Part shown: positions 20,101 to 29,283 of the stretch, one piece after another
Layout: each line of letters begins with the position of its first letter
How positions within the stretch are numbered: position 1 is the stretch's first letter
NCBI GenBank assembly: GCA_036277075.1
Contig: DASUNQ010000027.1
Coordinates: 701 to 64,700 of the forward strand
Reading direction: 5' to 3'
Source of the DNA: Thermoanaerobaculia bacterium
Lineage (GTDB): Bacteria; Acidobacteriota; Thermoanaerobaculia; Multivoradales; UBA5704
DNA: 64,000 bases
Notes under the pieces: model-generated
What the model was told of the DNA's origin: nothing
Database searches by the model: none
The model's input: only the letters and a program-made list of their open reading frames with translations
Made by a program: the position numbers and the translations under genes

Positions 20101-20449
20101 CGGCCTCGACCTCGCCGGGGTCGACCTCGTCGTCCTCTCCGCCTGCCGGACGGGGCAGGGCGAGCGCAGCGGTGGCGACGAGATCACGGGGCTGACGCGG
20201 GCGTTGCTGTACGCCGGGACCCCGGCGGTGATCTCCACCCTCTGGGACATCGACGACGCGGCCTCGGCGCTGCTCATGCAGGAGTTCTACCGCCGCTTGC
20301 TCGAGGGCGTTCCTGCCGCCGAGGCCCTCCAGCAGGCGCAGCTCAGCCTGCTGCACCACCCCGGTTACGAGGCCCCCTTCTTCTGGGCGGCGTTCAGCCT
20401 GACCGGAGACCCCCGCGGACAGTGGCAGCGCGCCGGGTCGCCTCGCTGA
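17192..20449 (+). CDS. TPR-repeat protein with C-terminal CHAT (caspase-like) protease domain, about 1085 aa
   Basis: GTG start overlaps the caspase-gene stop (GTGCGTAG). Signal-like N-terminus (AIGALLLAGALLAGGPLYA). Many TPR-like helical repeats. CHAT catalytic His (LLHIAAHGF) and Cys (LVVLSACRTGQG). Confidence 0.8.
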   Translation: MRRGGRAIGALLLAGALLAGGPLYAEETRPLEPDRAETLVDAAAAHIAGGRMAEAEAALGEALPLFQARQDRRGEAFCRLLQGLADTAAGRDAAAVASFEQSLPVLEESGELMTAWLVYVALAEVEKRNGHTEKAIAHYERALAVVGNIEDPSTKLSVQGFARLGKAFGVPGIDLGQLELVVTIARSIWARFAEAAARDGYAGVLIEGYELERAEAELARSTELSRLFGGLLDGSIAARRGDLRRYQWRLDEARQEYETALAAAQQPLPLPFPRSEQEVVSLLGRLAEIELLSGRLEQALAWNDKALALVRGKDRKREASVLDDRAELFRRSGRLGEAEALFNETLAIATETNDLLGQVTALSDLGTVAMLRGAYKEAAVHLEKAASLGKSLDEPLIEAGVLITLSEVYLLLEAPGSARATIEGAQHQAKQSEFPLATALSEAVAALERFLSGKGSAVELLELYDSFWRLPEAGTLMIDPALRALFLAVVRLETTGDVADPGLVAALAASKGPQPFPYASIMALFLRGRLHALAGEWQEARDLWARALDEARRVEQKDYAAMLSAGVALIYWKQGQPQPAIEQLSRAVALLEEQSKGLQVEELLSAYLGSQRRWFYELLVEMLVQQGRTAEAFDYAERARARALLQLLGNRRLKPAGGADAQLVAEAEALRMAIADWERQEVVAEGPQRLALENDLRNARDRYAHLLVRLKVSNPAYAAITSVEPLTAVEVQRALPPDTALISYFVTRSTTHAWVVDREAFHYVGLPIGAAELRQAGDDWAKELGGRSRGATPHGGAALSPQRAEHLYRALVAPLVPHLRHRRLLLIPHDALHYIPFAALREPASGRYLIQDYTLAYAPSTSVLPFLRGEQAPIAGRALVLGAPEALDPRWGRLPAAREEAKAVARLFGAVPLLDAEARESRLYDLRGEVDLLHIAAHGFYERASPLFSRLVLAPGDGHDGNLEVHEIFAGLDLAGVDLVVLSACRTGQGERSGGDEITGLTRALLYAGTPAVISTLWDIDDAASALLMQEFYRRLLEGVPAAEALQQAQLSLLHHPGYEAPFFWAAFSLTGDPRGQWQRAGSPR

Positions 20450-20537
20450 GACGTCCCACAAACCGCCCCGGCCGGTGTCTCTCTTGAAGTAGCGACTGCT
20501 GGCGGCGACGCTGGCATGTTGCCAAGGAGACGACGCC

Positions 20538-23231
20538 ATGCGGCGAGCGTGTGCTTGGTGCGCGGCAACGGCGCTGTCGCTCTCAGCGGCGGTGGCACAG
20601 CCGACCGGCGGTCAGCCGCCCCAGCTACCGCTGCAACACATCGTCTTCGTCATCGACAACTCGAGCTCCATGGAGAATCAGGCGAACCCTTCAGACCCGC
20701 TCCGCCTGCGCGGCGTCGCGGCCAGCTTGATTCTCGATGCCGCCGAGCTGGCTTCCAATGTGGAGGCGGGGCTGGTGTTCTTCAGCGACGGGGCCGAAAG
20801 CGACGGCAGGCTCCACCCCCCGGACGTCATCCGGCAGCGGCTCCAGTCCGACGGACTGCCCGCGTCCCAGGGTGGCACCAACATGCACGCCGGGTTGGAG
20901 AGGGCCATCAGCATGTTCAGCGGCTCGGCGGCAAGCATCAAGAAGATCGTCTTGATCACCGACGGCGAGCCGGACGCCGGCCAGAGTCAATCCATCGTCG
21001 GCTCCCTGGTCCCGCACGCGCAGCAGGCCGGGATCCAGATCTTCGCCCTGGGTCTGAGCCGGGCGGACACGGCGTTCCTCGACCAGCTCACGCTGCCGAC
21101 CCACGGCCGGACGCTCCTGAGCCCGCGGCACCAGGAGCTGCTGCAGCGCGCCAAGGAGCTCATCGCCGAGCGCGACAACGTCTACACGCTCGTCCAGGAA
21201 GTGCTACAGACCCCGCGGACAGAGTACGAATTCGAGCTCCCCCCGGGGGCCGATCGGGCACGGCTGACGACGATCCTCGACCGGCCGCAGGAGTTCGGCC
21301 GGAGCGAGATCGAGTTCACCCTCGAAGGGCCGGACGCCGGCGACCCCGGGCGGCCCTACGTCGTCGACACCGCCGCGGGAGACCGGGTGGCGGCGTGGAC
21401 GACCTTCTTCCGCACGCCCGGGAAGTACACGCTGCGCGTGGCGACGAGCAAGCTGGGCGTCTCCGGCCATCTCGGCCTCAAGCTGATGGTCGAGGCCCTC
21501 TCGACACTCCGGATCGCCCTGCGGCTCAACCCGCCGGACGAGCAGTACGGGTTCGGCGACGAGGTCGAGGTCCAGGTGGAGGCCACGAGCGGCAGCGGCA
21601 CCGTCGACCCCGCGACGCTGCGGCTGAGCGCGACCGTGAGCACTCCCGCCGGCGGCGGGCCGAGCATCACCTTCATCGGTCTGCAGGGTCGTTTCCGGGT
21701 GCCCGACGTGGCGGGCCGGCACACGCTCGTCGTCAAGGCGGAGACATCCCAGCGGCTGGGACGCGCGCAGGCAGCCAAGGACTACACGGCCGTTCCGCCG
21801 GACGCCGCACAGCTCAAGTCGTCGCGGCCCACGCTGGCCTTCGTCCACCCTCTGGGTCCGGACCGGCCGCAGGTGGAAGAGGGTTTCAAGGTCTTCGCCG
21901 AGTTCCCGGAAGGCGTCAGGCGGCGGCCGGTGAAGGTCTCGGCGACCTGGATCTCGCCGGTCGGCGAGGCCGAGCTCATCGGTCCCGGCGAGGCGAGCCT
22001 GCGCAGGGCTCCCGCGCTCTACACCGTGCCTCCGGAAGGGCTCGAGCTGCGCCTGCGGGTCAAGATGGACCCGACGAAGCCGCTCAAGGGCAAGAGCGGC
22101 AAGCACCCCGGCGAGATCCGGCTCTTCTCGCAGGAGGCGGGCGAGCTGGTGATCCCCTTCCAGCTCGAGGAGCGGCGGCCGAAGTTCGAGCTGAAGGGCG
22201 CGCCCAAGGCGCTCACCCTCTGGTGGGACCCCTGGCAGCCGCGCCAGGTGAGCTTGGGGCGGGTGGTCTCGGACCTCAGCACGCCGAGCACCTTCACGGT
22301 CACGGTGCCGGAGGCCCTCCTCGCGCCGGGCCAGGGAGCGAAGATCGCCGATCTGGCGCTGCGGATCGGCGGCGAGGCCCGGGAGCCAGAGCCCGTCGAC
22401 GCCGGCAAGCTCCGTTATGGCCCGATCGATCTGCCGCCCGGCGAGGAGATCCCTCTCGACCTCCTCCTGACCCCGACCGACGATACGCAGTGGGAACGCC
22501 TGGCGGCGAGCCGGCAGCCGGTGGAGGTCCAGCTGCGGTCGGACCTGGGGATGGAGGCCGTGATCCAGCCTGCGTTTTGGACGGTCGGCGGCCTGCGGAG
22601 CGGCATGCCGCTGCTCGGGCCCTGGTCTCGCCACGGCCGGCACCTGGCGGTCTATCTGCTCTGCGGCGGCGGCCTGCTGCTGGTCCTCTACCTGTTCGTA
22701 CGGAGGGGTCTGCTGGTCCGCCGTTTCTGGCGGTTCCGCAGCGGGTCTCTGCGTTCCCTCGGAATGGGGGCGATCCAGATCGGCGAGGCCGGGACGGCGG
22801 GCGCCGCCGCCCTGTTGCTGCCGAACTCGGGATCGGAGCTGGACGACCGCTCCCTGGCGCGGGTGTGGCGGGAGGGCAACAGCCAACACCTCGACGACCT
22901 CTCGGAAGGGCGTCTCCTTCTCAAGGACCGGCAGCTCACCGCGCCGCGGCGCCTCGCCCCGGGCGACGTCTTGGGCATCGAAGATCCGCGGGATCCGGAA
23001 GGGAGGCTCTGGGAGCTCGACTACAACGGCTTCGATCCCCAGACCGGGGAGGGCGAGCTCGAGGTGTCGATCAGCCCGGCGCCTTTCACGGCCGGCCGGC
23101 TCGCGCGCAAGCTCGTCGTGGGACTGCTCCTCCTCGCGCTCTTGAAGCTCTTTCTGGGTTGGGGGTGGGTGACGGAGCTCGCCTACCGCTTGCCGCTGAT
23201 CGAGGCCGCCTACGTGCGGCTTCTTTCGTGA
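20538..23231 (+). CDS. Membrane-anchored von Willebrand factor A (vWA) domain protein with possible C-terminal FHA-like module, 897 aa
   Basis: Signal peptide. vWA MIDAS motifs: HIVFVIDNSSSM (DxSxS), GGTNMHAGLERAI (Thr), IVLITDGEPD (Asp). A large beta-rich middle region. Two hydrophobic helices near the C-terminus (LAVYLLCGGGLLLVLYLFV and LVVGLLLLALLKLFLGWGWV). The intervening segment is loosely FHA-like (inference). Confidence 0.8.
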   Translation: MRRACAWCAATALSLSAAVAQPTGGQPPQLPLQHIVFVIDNSSSMENQANPSDPLRLRGVAASLILDAAELASNVEAGLVFFSDGAESDGRLHPPDVIRQRLQSDGLPASQGGTNMHAGLERAISMFSGSAASIKKIVLITDGEPDAGQSQSIVGSLVPHAQQAGIQIFALGLSRADTAFLDQLTLPTHGRTLLSPRHQELLQRAKELIAERDNVYTLVQEVLQTPRTEYEFELPPGADRARLTTILDRPQEFGRSEIEFTLEGPDAGDPGRPYVVDTAAGDRVAAWTTFFRTPGKYTLRVATSKLGVSGHLGLKLMVEALSTLRIALRLNPPDEQYGFGDEVEVQVEATSGSGTVDPATLRLSATVSTPAGGGPSITFIGLQGRFRVPDVAGRHTLVVKAETSQRLGRAQAAKDYTAVPPDAAQLKSSRPTLAFVHPLGPDRPQVEEGFKVFAEFPEGVRRRPVKVSATWISPVGEAELIGPGEASLRRAPALYTVPPEGLELRLRVKMDPTKPLKGKSGKHPGEIRLFSQEAGELVIPFQLEERRPKFELKGAPKALTLWWDPWQPRQVSLGRVVSDLSTPSTFTVTVPEALLAPGQGAKIADLALRIGGEAREPEPVDAGKLRYGPIDLPPGEEIPLDLLLTPTDDTQWERLAASRQPVEVQLRSDLGMEAVIQPAFWTVGGLRSGMPLLGPWSRHGRHLAVYLLCGGGLLLVLYLFVRRGLLVRRFWRFRSGSLRSLGMGAIQIGEAGTAGAAALLLPNSGSELDDRSLARVWREGNSQHLDDLSEGRLLLKDRQLTAPRRLAPGDVLGIEDPRDPEGRLWELDYNGFDPQTGEGELEVSISPAPFTAGRLARKLVVGLLLLALLKLFLGWGWVTELAYRLPLIEAAYVRLLS

Positions 23232-23236
23232 CCCCC

Positions 23237-26200
23237 ATGATCACCCTGACCGAAAGGAGCTTCCCGCAGCCGACGCTCTCGATCTATCTCGGCGGCACCG
23301 GCATCCTCGTCGGGGATTCCTTGCTCACCATGCTGGAAACCCTCCCAGACGCGGAGCGGGCCTTCGTCGAGGCGTTTTTCATCGACTCCCAGGAGCCGGC
23401 GATCCGCGACCACGAGCGCGCCCGTCACTACTGTTACGGAGACCTGGGAGTTTTCTCGCAGCCGATCTACGAAGGGTTCACCGAGCGGCGGTTCCCCGAG
23501 AACCTGGGGGTCAATCCCGTCGTCAGCTCCTGCGACGGCTGCGGCGTGACCAGGATCTTCGGGGCGGCGAGTCTCGTGGCTTGCCGCGACGACTTCACCG
23601 ACCTGGTCGAGCGGGCGGTCGCACGGCTGGTCAAGCACGGCGCGAGCACGCAGCCGCTTCAGGTCTTCCTCACCGCCAGCGCCTGCGGCGGGACCGGCGC
23701 CGGGATGATCCTCGACGCGGCCGCCCTGGTCCGGCACGTCTGCCGCACGAGGATCGGGAGCAATTCACGGATCTTCCTCTTCCTGCTCGGCCCAACGGCC
23801 TTCTTCGAGGACCCGGCGATCAACCTGCGCGAGGACCAACGTCATCGGATGCAGGCCTCCACCTACGCCCTGCTCAAGGAGCTTCACCACTTCGCCCAAG
23901 GCAACGAGTTCGTCAGCGCGTACCGGCTGCGCGACGAGATCGTTCGTGTCAGCAACAGCGCGGACGACGACCGGCTCTTCGACTGGGTCTTTTTCATCGA
24001 CGGACGGGCTGAGCAAGGGGCGCCCAGGAGCCTCGCGGAGGTGACCTGGACGGTGGCCGAGGCACAGCTTCACCTCTGCGTCAGCGAGGTGGGCCGCAAG
24101 GTCGCGGAGTCCCTGCCCAACCAGCGCGAAGAACGGGTGCGGAGCTTCGGGCTGCACTTCGTGCACCCGGACAACAAGCATCGCCTCTCGCCGGCCGCTC
24201 GCGACCAACTGGCGAGATCGTCCCGAACGACCTTCCTCGCCAGCCTGGCGGTGCGCAGCGTGCGCTTCCCAGCGGAGGAGATCAAATCCTGGTTCCGCTG
24301 GCGTTGGGTCCACGAAGCGCTGGACAAGACGGTAGACCGTCGAGGGGTTGGCGGCGGCGTCGCGCTCGTGGACGAGTTCGACCGTTTGCTCGGCTACGAC
24401 GACGGCGACGTGCTGGAGGAGGGGCTGATGAAGGAGCTCGGCTTGCGGGCCGAGCAGTTGCTGCAGGTCGTGGCGGAGCGCGATCTCAGCCGCGGCATGG
24501 CCGAGGGCCCGAGCCCGGCGATGCCGCTCGAAGGGATGATCCAAGGCGCCGGGGAGTTGCTCGACGTCGCGGCGTCTCTGCTCACCGAGCTGCGAGAGGA
24601 GCCGGCAGCACCGGCGCCGGGAGCGGAGCGCACCGGGGGACCCCTCTCGGGCGCCGAGCTGCTCGCCGCCGCGCTGCCGCGCTGGAGCGCCGGGCTCGCC
24701 GCCGGTCTCGCGGCCGGGGGACGCAGCGCCGAGCGCCTCTGGTCGCTGGCCTGGGATCCGGTCGAAGGACGGGGCCTGCGCTGGCTGGACGCGTTCCTGA
24801 CGCACACCGTGGATCTCCTGACGCAGCTCGCGCAGCGGGGCGTCCGGCGGCCGCAGCTTGCCGACCTCGAAATGCGGCTGGACGAAGCGCGCCAGCTCCA
24901 CCAGTGGCTAGCGAGGAGCTACCAACGCGAGAACCGCACGCTGGGCTTCCGCTGGCGCGCCGTGCGTTCCAGGCTGGCGAAGCTGGCTCTCCTGGACGAC
25001 AAGCAGGGCCCCGCCAGCGACGCCCTGCAGCGGAAGGCGAAGAGGCTGGCCCGGCAGCTGGCGGACCTGCGCGGCGAGCTGCTCGTGCAGCGGCGGGCAC
25101 AGCTCCTTGCCGCGCTGGCGCCGCAGGCCTGGCTTGAGGCAGCTCGGCTGCTCAGGCGCTGGCGGGAGGAGGCGCTGCTGCCGACGCTCACCGTCGCCGA
25201 GAACGCTCTGGCGCTGGCTCACACCCAGCGCGAGCTGGCCAGCGAGGGCCTCGCCGTCCATCAGGGAGAGGGACGTCGCGGCCGGTGGTACGCCCTGTCC
25301 ACCGTCTCGGTCGCCGACGACGAGCTCCTGGCGCAGTTGAGCCGGCGCCTGGAAGACCGAGTGCGAGTGGAGGACCTCGTCCTCGCCCCTCTCGAGGGGC
25401 GGGGCCTCAGCCGCGAACGCCACCGGCTTTCGATCGACACCTTCCGCCGGACCGACGCTAGGGCCGTCGTCGACATCCTCCACGCCCACGTCGCGGCGGA
25501 GACGACAGGGCATCTCGCCATCGTCGACGGCGGCTGGAACCTCGAGGAAGCCCGCGACCGGCTCAGGAGAACGGCGGCGAAGGTGCTCGACGAGGGCGCG
25601 CAGCCGCTGGTGCGCTTCGCGCGCGCCGCGGTCGGGCTGCAGCTCCAGGGATACTTCCTCGCTCCCCGCGAGTTCGTGCTGCCGCGACCCTTCGGCCGCA
25701 CGGTAGGACAGATGACCCCTCTCGACTCGCGCGACCCGCTGCGGCTCGGGGTCGTCAGCTTCGCTTTCGGCATCCCTCCCAACGCGCTCTACGGCATGGA
25801 CGAGCTCTTCGCCCAATACACCAACCTGCTCGGAGACCAGGAGCGGAACCGGGGCGTCCACGACCGTTACCCGCTGCACGTCTTTCGCGGCGCGGCCGAG
25901 AGCTTCGACGAGCCCTTCTCGCCGCTCACGCTGGAGATGGACGACGTGTTCTTGCACTCGCTGCTGCAAGTGGCGCGGGAGCTGGGGATCGACGACGGCC
26001 GGCGGATCGTTCTGGACATCCGGCAGTTCGACAACACCAAGCACGAGCTGGAGCAGGATTGGAATCGGCTCATCGAGCTGGCGGAGAAAGTCGTCCAGCG
26101 CCTGGACTGCCGCCCTGAAGAGGTGGACCGCCTGTTCCGGAACGGCGAGTACTCGGCGATCGCGCACTTCTACAACAGTCGGAGACGCCGCGGCGGCGGG

Positions 26201-26245
26201 CACGGGTCTCCGGACGGTACTCCACAGCATGAGACGGGTACCTGA
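23237..26245 (+). CDS. Divergent tubulin/FtsZ-superfamily GTPase-like protein with about 750-aa C-terminal extension, about 1002 aa
   Basis: The N-terminus has a T1-loop-like LSIYLGGTGILVG and a T4-loop-like LTASACGGTGAGMILDAAALV (the tubulin/FtsZ GGGTGSG signature). It is followed by a long mostly alpha-helical, Arg/Leu/Glu-rich extension. The start is taken as the ATG 6 nt after the upstream stop; an in-frame GTG at 23228 (GTGA overlap) is an alternative. The 1909-aa ORF 20516..26245 is mostly the out-of-frame shadow of the vWA gene. Confidence 0.65.
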   Translation: MITLTERSFPQPTLSIYLGGTGILVGDSLLTMLETLPDAERAFVEAFFIDSQEPAIRDHERARHYCYGDLGVFSQPIYEGFTERRFPENLGVNPVVSSCDGCGVTRIFGAASLVACRDDFTDLVERAVARLVKHGASTQPLQVFLTASACGGTGAGMILDAAALVRHVCRTRIGSNSRIFLFLLGPTAFFEDPAINLREDQRHRMQASTYALLKELHHFAQGNEFVSAYRLRDEIVRVSNSADDDRLFDWVFFIDGRAEQGAPRSLAEVTWTVAEAQLHLCVSEVGRKVAESLPNQREERVRSFGLHFVHPDNKHRLSPAARDQLARSSRTTFLASLAVRSVRFPAEEIKSWFRWRWVHEALDKTVDRRGVGGGVALVDEFDRLLGYDDGDVLEEGLMKELGLRAEQLLQVVAERDLSRGMAEGPSPAMPLEGMIQGAGELLDVAASLLTELREEPAAPAPGAERTGGPLSGAELLAAALPRWSAGLAAGLAAGGRSAERLWSLAWDPVEGRGLRWLDAFLTHTVDLLTQLAQRGVRRPQLADLEMRLDEARQLHQWLARSYQRENRTLGFRWRAVRSRLAKLALLDDKQGPASDALQRKAKRLARQLADLRGELLVQRRAQLLAALAPQAWLEAARLLRRWREEALLPTLTVAENALALAHTQRELASEGLAVHQGEGRRGRWYALSTVSVADDELLAQLSRRLEDRVRVEDLVLAPLEGRGLSRERHRLSIDTFRRTDARAVVDILHAHVAAETTGHLAIVDGGWNLEEARDRLRRTAAKVLDEGAQPLVRFARAAVGLQLQGYFLAPREFVLPRPFGRTVGQMTPLDSRDPLRLGVVSFAFGIPPNALYGMDELFAQYTNLLGDQERNRGVHDRYPLHVFRGAAESFDEPFSPLTLEMDDVFLHSLLQVARELGIDDGRRIVLDIRQFDNTKHELEQDWNRLIELAEKVVQRLDCRPEEVDRLFRNGEYSAIAHFYNSRRRRGGGHGSPDGTPQHETGT

Positions 26246-28073
26246 AGCGCACCCGCGCAGGCGATGGACACGGAGCGTCAAGGCCGCCGCCTTGGTTTTC
26301 CTGCTCGGCTCGAAAGCAAGCGCCGTGACTCGGGACGGCCTGGACCTCGTGCTGCTGGTCGATCGATCGCAGAGCATGGCCAGGCAAGGCCTCGCGCAAT
26401 CCGACGATCGTTCTGACGTCCGCGACCTCCTGCTCTCTCTCGCTGTCGGGATGGTCGGCTGGAGCTCTGACGTCCATCAGGTGAGACATCGGATCGCCGT
26501 CGTGAGCTTCGGCTCCGTGGCGCGGACCGATCTCCCGTTGACCGAGGTCCGGGGAGAGGACGTTCCCGGCCTGCGCACGGCCATCCGGGCGATCCGCCCG
26601 CCGGCCAGCCTCGGGAGCACGGACTTTCTCTCCGCCCTCCGGGCGGCGGCGGACGTGCTCGGCCCTCCTTCGGCCGCCGCGCAGCGAAGGCGCGCAATCC
26701 TGCTCGTCACCGATGGTGTGCCGTACGGGCGCAAACGCAATCCCGGCTTGGACCTCGAGGAGCTTCGACGCTCTCTGCCTCCGATCTGTCCCTACCCGGA
26801 GACCGCGCTCCATGTCTTCCTGACGCCTTCTTCGGGAGAGGCACGGGAGCGTTACCGCCGCATCTGGCGCGAGATGGCTCGGGGGCGGGTCTACGAGCTC
26901 GCGGGCGACCGCACGAACATCCTCACGGCGCTGCACGAGGGCGTGTCACAGGTCCTGGGGACCCGCTTCGCGGCGAGTCGCTCAGCGCCGGAGGGAGGGG
27001 CGATCGAGACCGTCGTGCTGCCGCCCTATCTCGAGCTCGTCGTCTTCGACATCGTGCGCGGCTCGGGGCACGCGGAGGTGGAGATCTTCTCTCCCGACGC
27101 TCCCCACCGGCCGCTCCTCGCCGGCGCTCGAGGTGTCGAGGAGGTCCGTCTGGGGCGGCTCATGCGCACGGTGATCGTCCGCCGGCCCAGCATGGGCCGG
27201 TGGACGTTCCGCAAGCCGGATGCGGGGGCGCGAGTGAAGGTTCTCTCGCAGCAGTTCTTTCCGCGCGGCTTGCTGGTCGAGCCAGAGAGCGGCCGGCGGA
27301 TTCGGCAGCACGGGCAGGTCTCTTTGGTCTATCGCTTGACCGACCGGGACGGCTCTCCCTTGCGGGAGCTTCCAGGTCATCCGCTCCTCCTTGGACTCTC
27401 TCTGGCACGACCCGACGGGGAACGCTCGCCTCTGCTCATGCGGCGCCAGGCGCCGGGGATGTTCAGGTCGCGACGGGAGACCGCGTGCGATCTCTCCGGC
27501 CGCTATTGGGCCGAGGCCGAGGTCGTGACCAAGGACGTTGAAGGCCGGACGGTCGAGGTGTTCCAGGACCGCTGGTCGGGGTTCGTGGTCCACCGGGCGA
27601 CCCGGATCGATTGCCGGATGACGACGTCACGGCCGCGCGAGCCGGTGTGGCTCGGCGGCTTGTTGCTCGGGCGCACCGCGACGCGTCTCGAGTGCCTCGA
27701 CGGCGCCGCACGGCCGGTCGCTCTCGAAGCGATCGTGAACGGCCCTCCCGACCGGCTCTTCACCCCGGTTTTGTCCCGGAACGGCCGGCGGATCCCGGCG
27801 ACTCTCGACCTCGCGTCCTCCGGTCGAGGCGTGCTCGAGGGGTCGCTCCGGGGAGCTGCCGCGCCCGGCTCTTACCGGCTGCGGCTGGCCGTTGACGAGG
27901 CGCGGCTTGCCGGCGAGTACAGCGTCCGGATCGTGCCGCCGGCGACGGACTTCGTCAGCGATCTGAGCTGGCGCGACTATGCGCAGCTCACCCTCCTGGC
28001 CGTCGGGCTCTTGCTGCCGCTCGCCAAGGTCTCGCGGCTCCGCGCTCGACGAACGAAAGGCGGCCGTGTCTAG
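26229..28073 (+). CDS. Membrane-anchored vWA domain protein, 614 aa
   Basis: Signal peptide. vWA MIDAS motifs: LDLVLLVDRSQSM, GSTDFLSALRAAADVL, AILLVTDGVP. C-terminal TM helix (LTLLAVGLLLPLA). It overlaps the upstream gene by 17 bp. Confidence 0.75.
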   Translation: MRRVPEAHPRRRWTRSVKAAALVFLLGSKASAVTRDGLDLVLLVDRSQSMARQGLAQSDDRSDVRDLLLSLAVGMVGWSSDVHQVRHRIAVVSFGSVARTDLPLTEVRGEDVPGLRTAIRAIRPPASLGSTDFLSALRAAADVLGPPSAAAQRRRAILLVTDGVPYGRKRNPGLDLEELRRSLPPICPYPETALHVFLTPSSGEARERYRRIWREMARGRVYELAGDRTNILTALHEGVSQVLGTRFAASRSAPEGGAIETVVLPPYLELVVFDIVRGSGHAEVEIFSPDAPHRPLLAGARGVEEVRLGRLMRTVIVRRPSMGRWTFRKPDAGARVKVLSQQFFPRGLLVEPESGRRIRQHGQVSLVYRLTDRDGSPLRELPGHPLLLGLSLARPDGERSPLLMRRQAPGMFRSRRETACDLSGRYWAEAEVVTKDVEGRTVEVFQDRWSGFVVHRATRIDCRMTTSRPREPVWLGGLLLGRTATRLECLDGAARPVALEAIVNGPPDRLFTPVLSRNGRRIPATLDLASSGRGVLEGSLRGAAAPGSYRLRLAVDEARLAGEYSVRIVPPATDFVSDLSWRDYAQLTLLAVGLLLPLAKVSRLRARRTKGGRV

Positions 28074-29283
28074 GCGGTTCGGCCTCTGCGCGGGGATCGC
28101 TTGCGCGCTCGTGGCGTCGAATTGTCCCGCGACCGCCGGAGGTCTCGCGGCCGCTCCGGCGCCGGAGCTCTCGGCGGGGATCTTCATCGGCGTCGAGAAG
28201 TTCTCTTACGACTTCTCGCTGGCGGACGTCGACTTCGCCGCCAACGACGCGGTCGACCTCGCCTACTCGCTCACCGTCGAGCGCCGGCTCCTCGAGCCGA
28301 ACCGAGTGCTGCTGCTGCTGGCGGGAGACCCGCGTCCCGAATCGCAAGGGCGCCTCGACAAGCTGACGGCGGCCGGCGCCAGGCGACAGGAGGCGAAGCA
28401 GGCCGACATCTATTCGCTCGTCGAGGAGCAGGGCAAGCTGGTGAGCGAGGGCGGCGTGCTAGTGGTCTTCATCGCGACGCACGGTTTCTCCGAGGGCAGC
28501 GAGCATCTGCTGATGGCCGAGGATTCGATCCTGGACGTCCGCACCGGCATCACCGCGGAGAGGCTCCTGCAAGCCACGCAGCCGACCCTGGGCGGCCGGC
28601 GTCTCCTGCTGATCGACGCCTGCCGCGAGCAACTTGTCAAGCCGTCTCGCCGCGGCCCGCGAACCGGCGAGGAACCGGATTCCCGGTCGGCCATGCGCAG
28701 CGAGCTGTTCGCCACGACGCCGACGGGGTACGCCCTGTTCTCGGCCGCGAGCTCGGGCGGCTTCGCGTATCACGGCGACGGCAACGGGTACTTCACGAAG
28801 AGCCTCGTCGAAGGGTTGGACTGCCGAGGTCCGCACGCCAAGCGGCGCGTCAAGAGTTGGTCGGCCCTCACCAACCTGGTGACGGCCGAGGTCGCCGCCC
28901 AGACCCAGGGAAAGCAGCAGCCCGATCTCCGGGTCGGCGGCGGCTATCGGGACTTCGCGCTTCCCGCCTGCGGCGCGGCGGCGCCGCGGCGTCCGCAGCC
29001 CCCTTCGCTCAGCCCCGAGCTGCTGCGGCGGATCCAGCATGCGCGGAACCTCGCGGCCACCGGCAGCGCCGAAAACGTCGAGGCCAGCTTCCGCACCTAT
29101 CGACAGGTGTTCGAAGAGCTGCCGCCCGCGATTCTGGCCACTCTCAATCAACCCCTGGTCGCGAGGGCGCGACAACTGGAGCCGGACAGTCGAGCGGACG
29201 AAGGCGTCCGGATCTACCGGCAGCTCCTGGAGCCGCTGCTCGCGCCCGCCGACAGATTGCAACCACGGGAGCCTTTCCCATGA
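28066..29283 (+). CDS. Caspase-family (peptidase C14) lipoprotein, about 405 aa
   Basis: GTG start overlaps the upstream stop (GTGTCTAG). Lipobox (LVASNC). Caspase dyad: His in VLVVFIATHGFSEG and Cys in LLLIDACREQL. The ATG at 27979 is an alternative start but would overlap the upstream gene by 95 bp. Confidence 0.75.
   Translation: MSRRFGLCAGIACALVASNCPATAGGLAAAPAPELSAGIFIGVEKFSYDFSLADVDFAANDAVDLAYSLTVERRLLEPNRVLLLLAGDPRPESQGRLDKLTAAGARRQEAKQADIYSLVEEQGKLVSEGGVLVVFIATHGFSEGSEHLLMAEDSILDVRTGITAERLLQATQPTLGGRRLLLIDACREQLVKPSRRGPRTGEEPDSRSAMRSELFATTPTGYALFSAASSGGFAYHGDGNGYFTKSLVEGLDCRGPHAKRRVKSWSALTNLVTAEVAAQTQGKQQPDLRVGGGYRDFALPACGAAAPRRPQPPSLSPELLRRIQHARNLAATGSAENVEASFRTYRQVFEELPPAILATLNQPLVARARQLEPDSRADEGVRIYRQLLEPLLAPADRLQPREPFP

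Noticed and set aside
20516-26245. 1909-aa single ORF
   Set aside because: The first roughly 900 codons are the out-of-frame overlap of the vWA gene 20538..23231 (Arg/Gly-rich). Coding-like sequence with tubulin/FtsZ motifs begins only at the ATG at 23237.
27979-28065. ATG at 27979 as the start of the second caspase gene
   Set aside because: It would overlap the vWA gene by 95 bp and encode an Arg/Ser/Pro-rich leader. The GTG at 28066 sits immediately before the lipobox and recreates the GTGnnTAG junction seen elsewhere in the locus.
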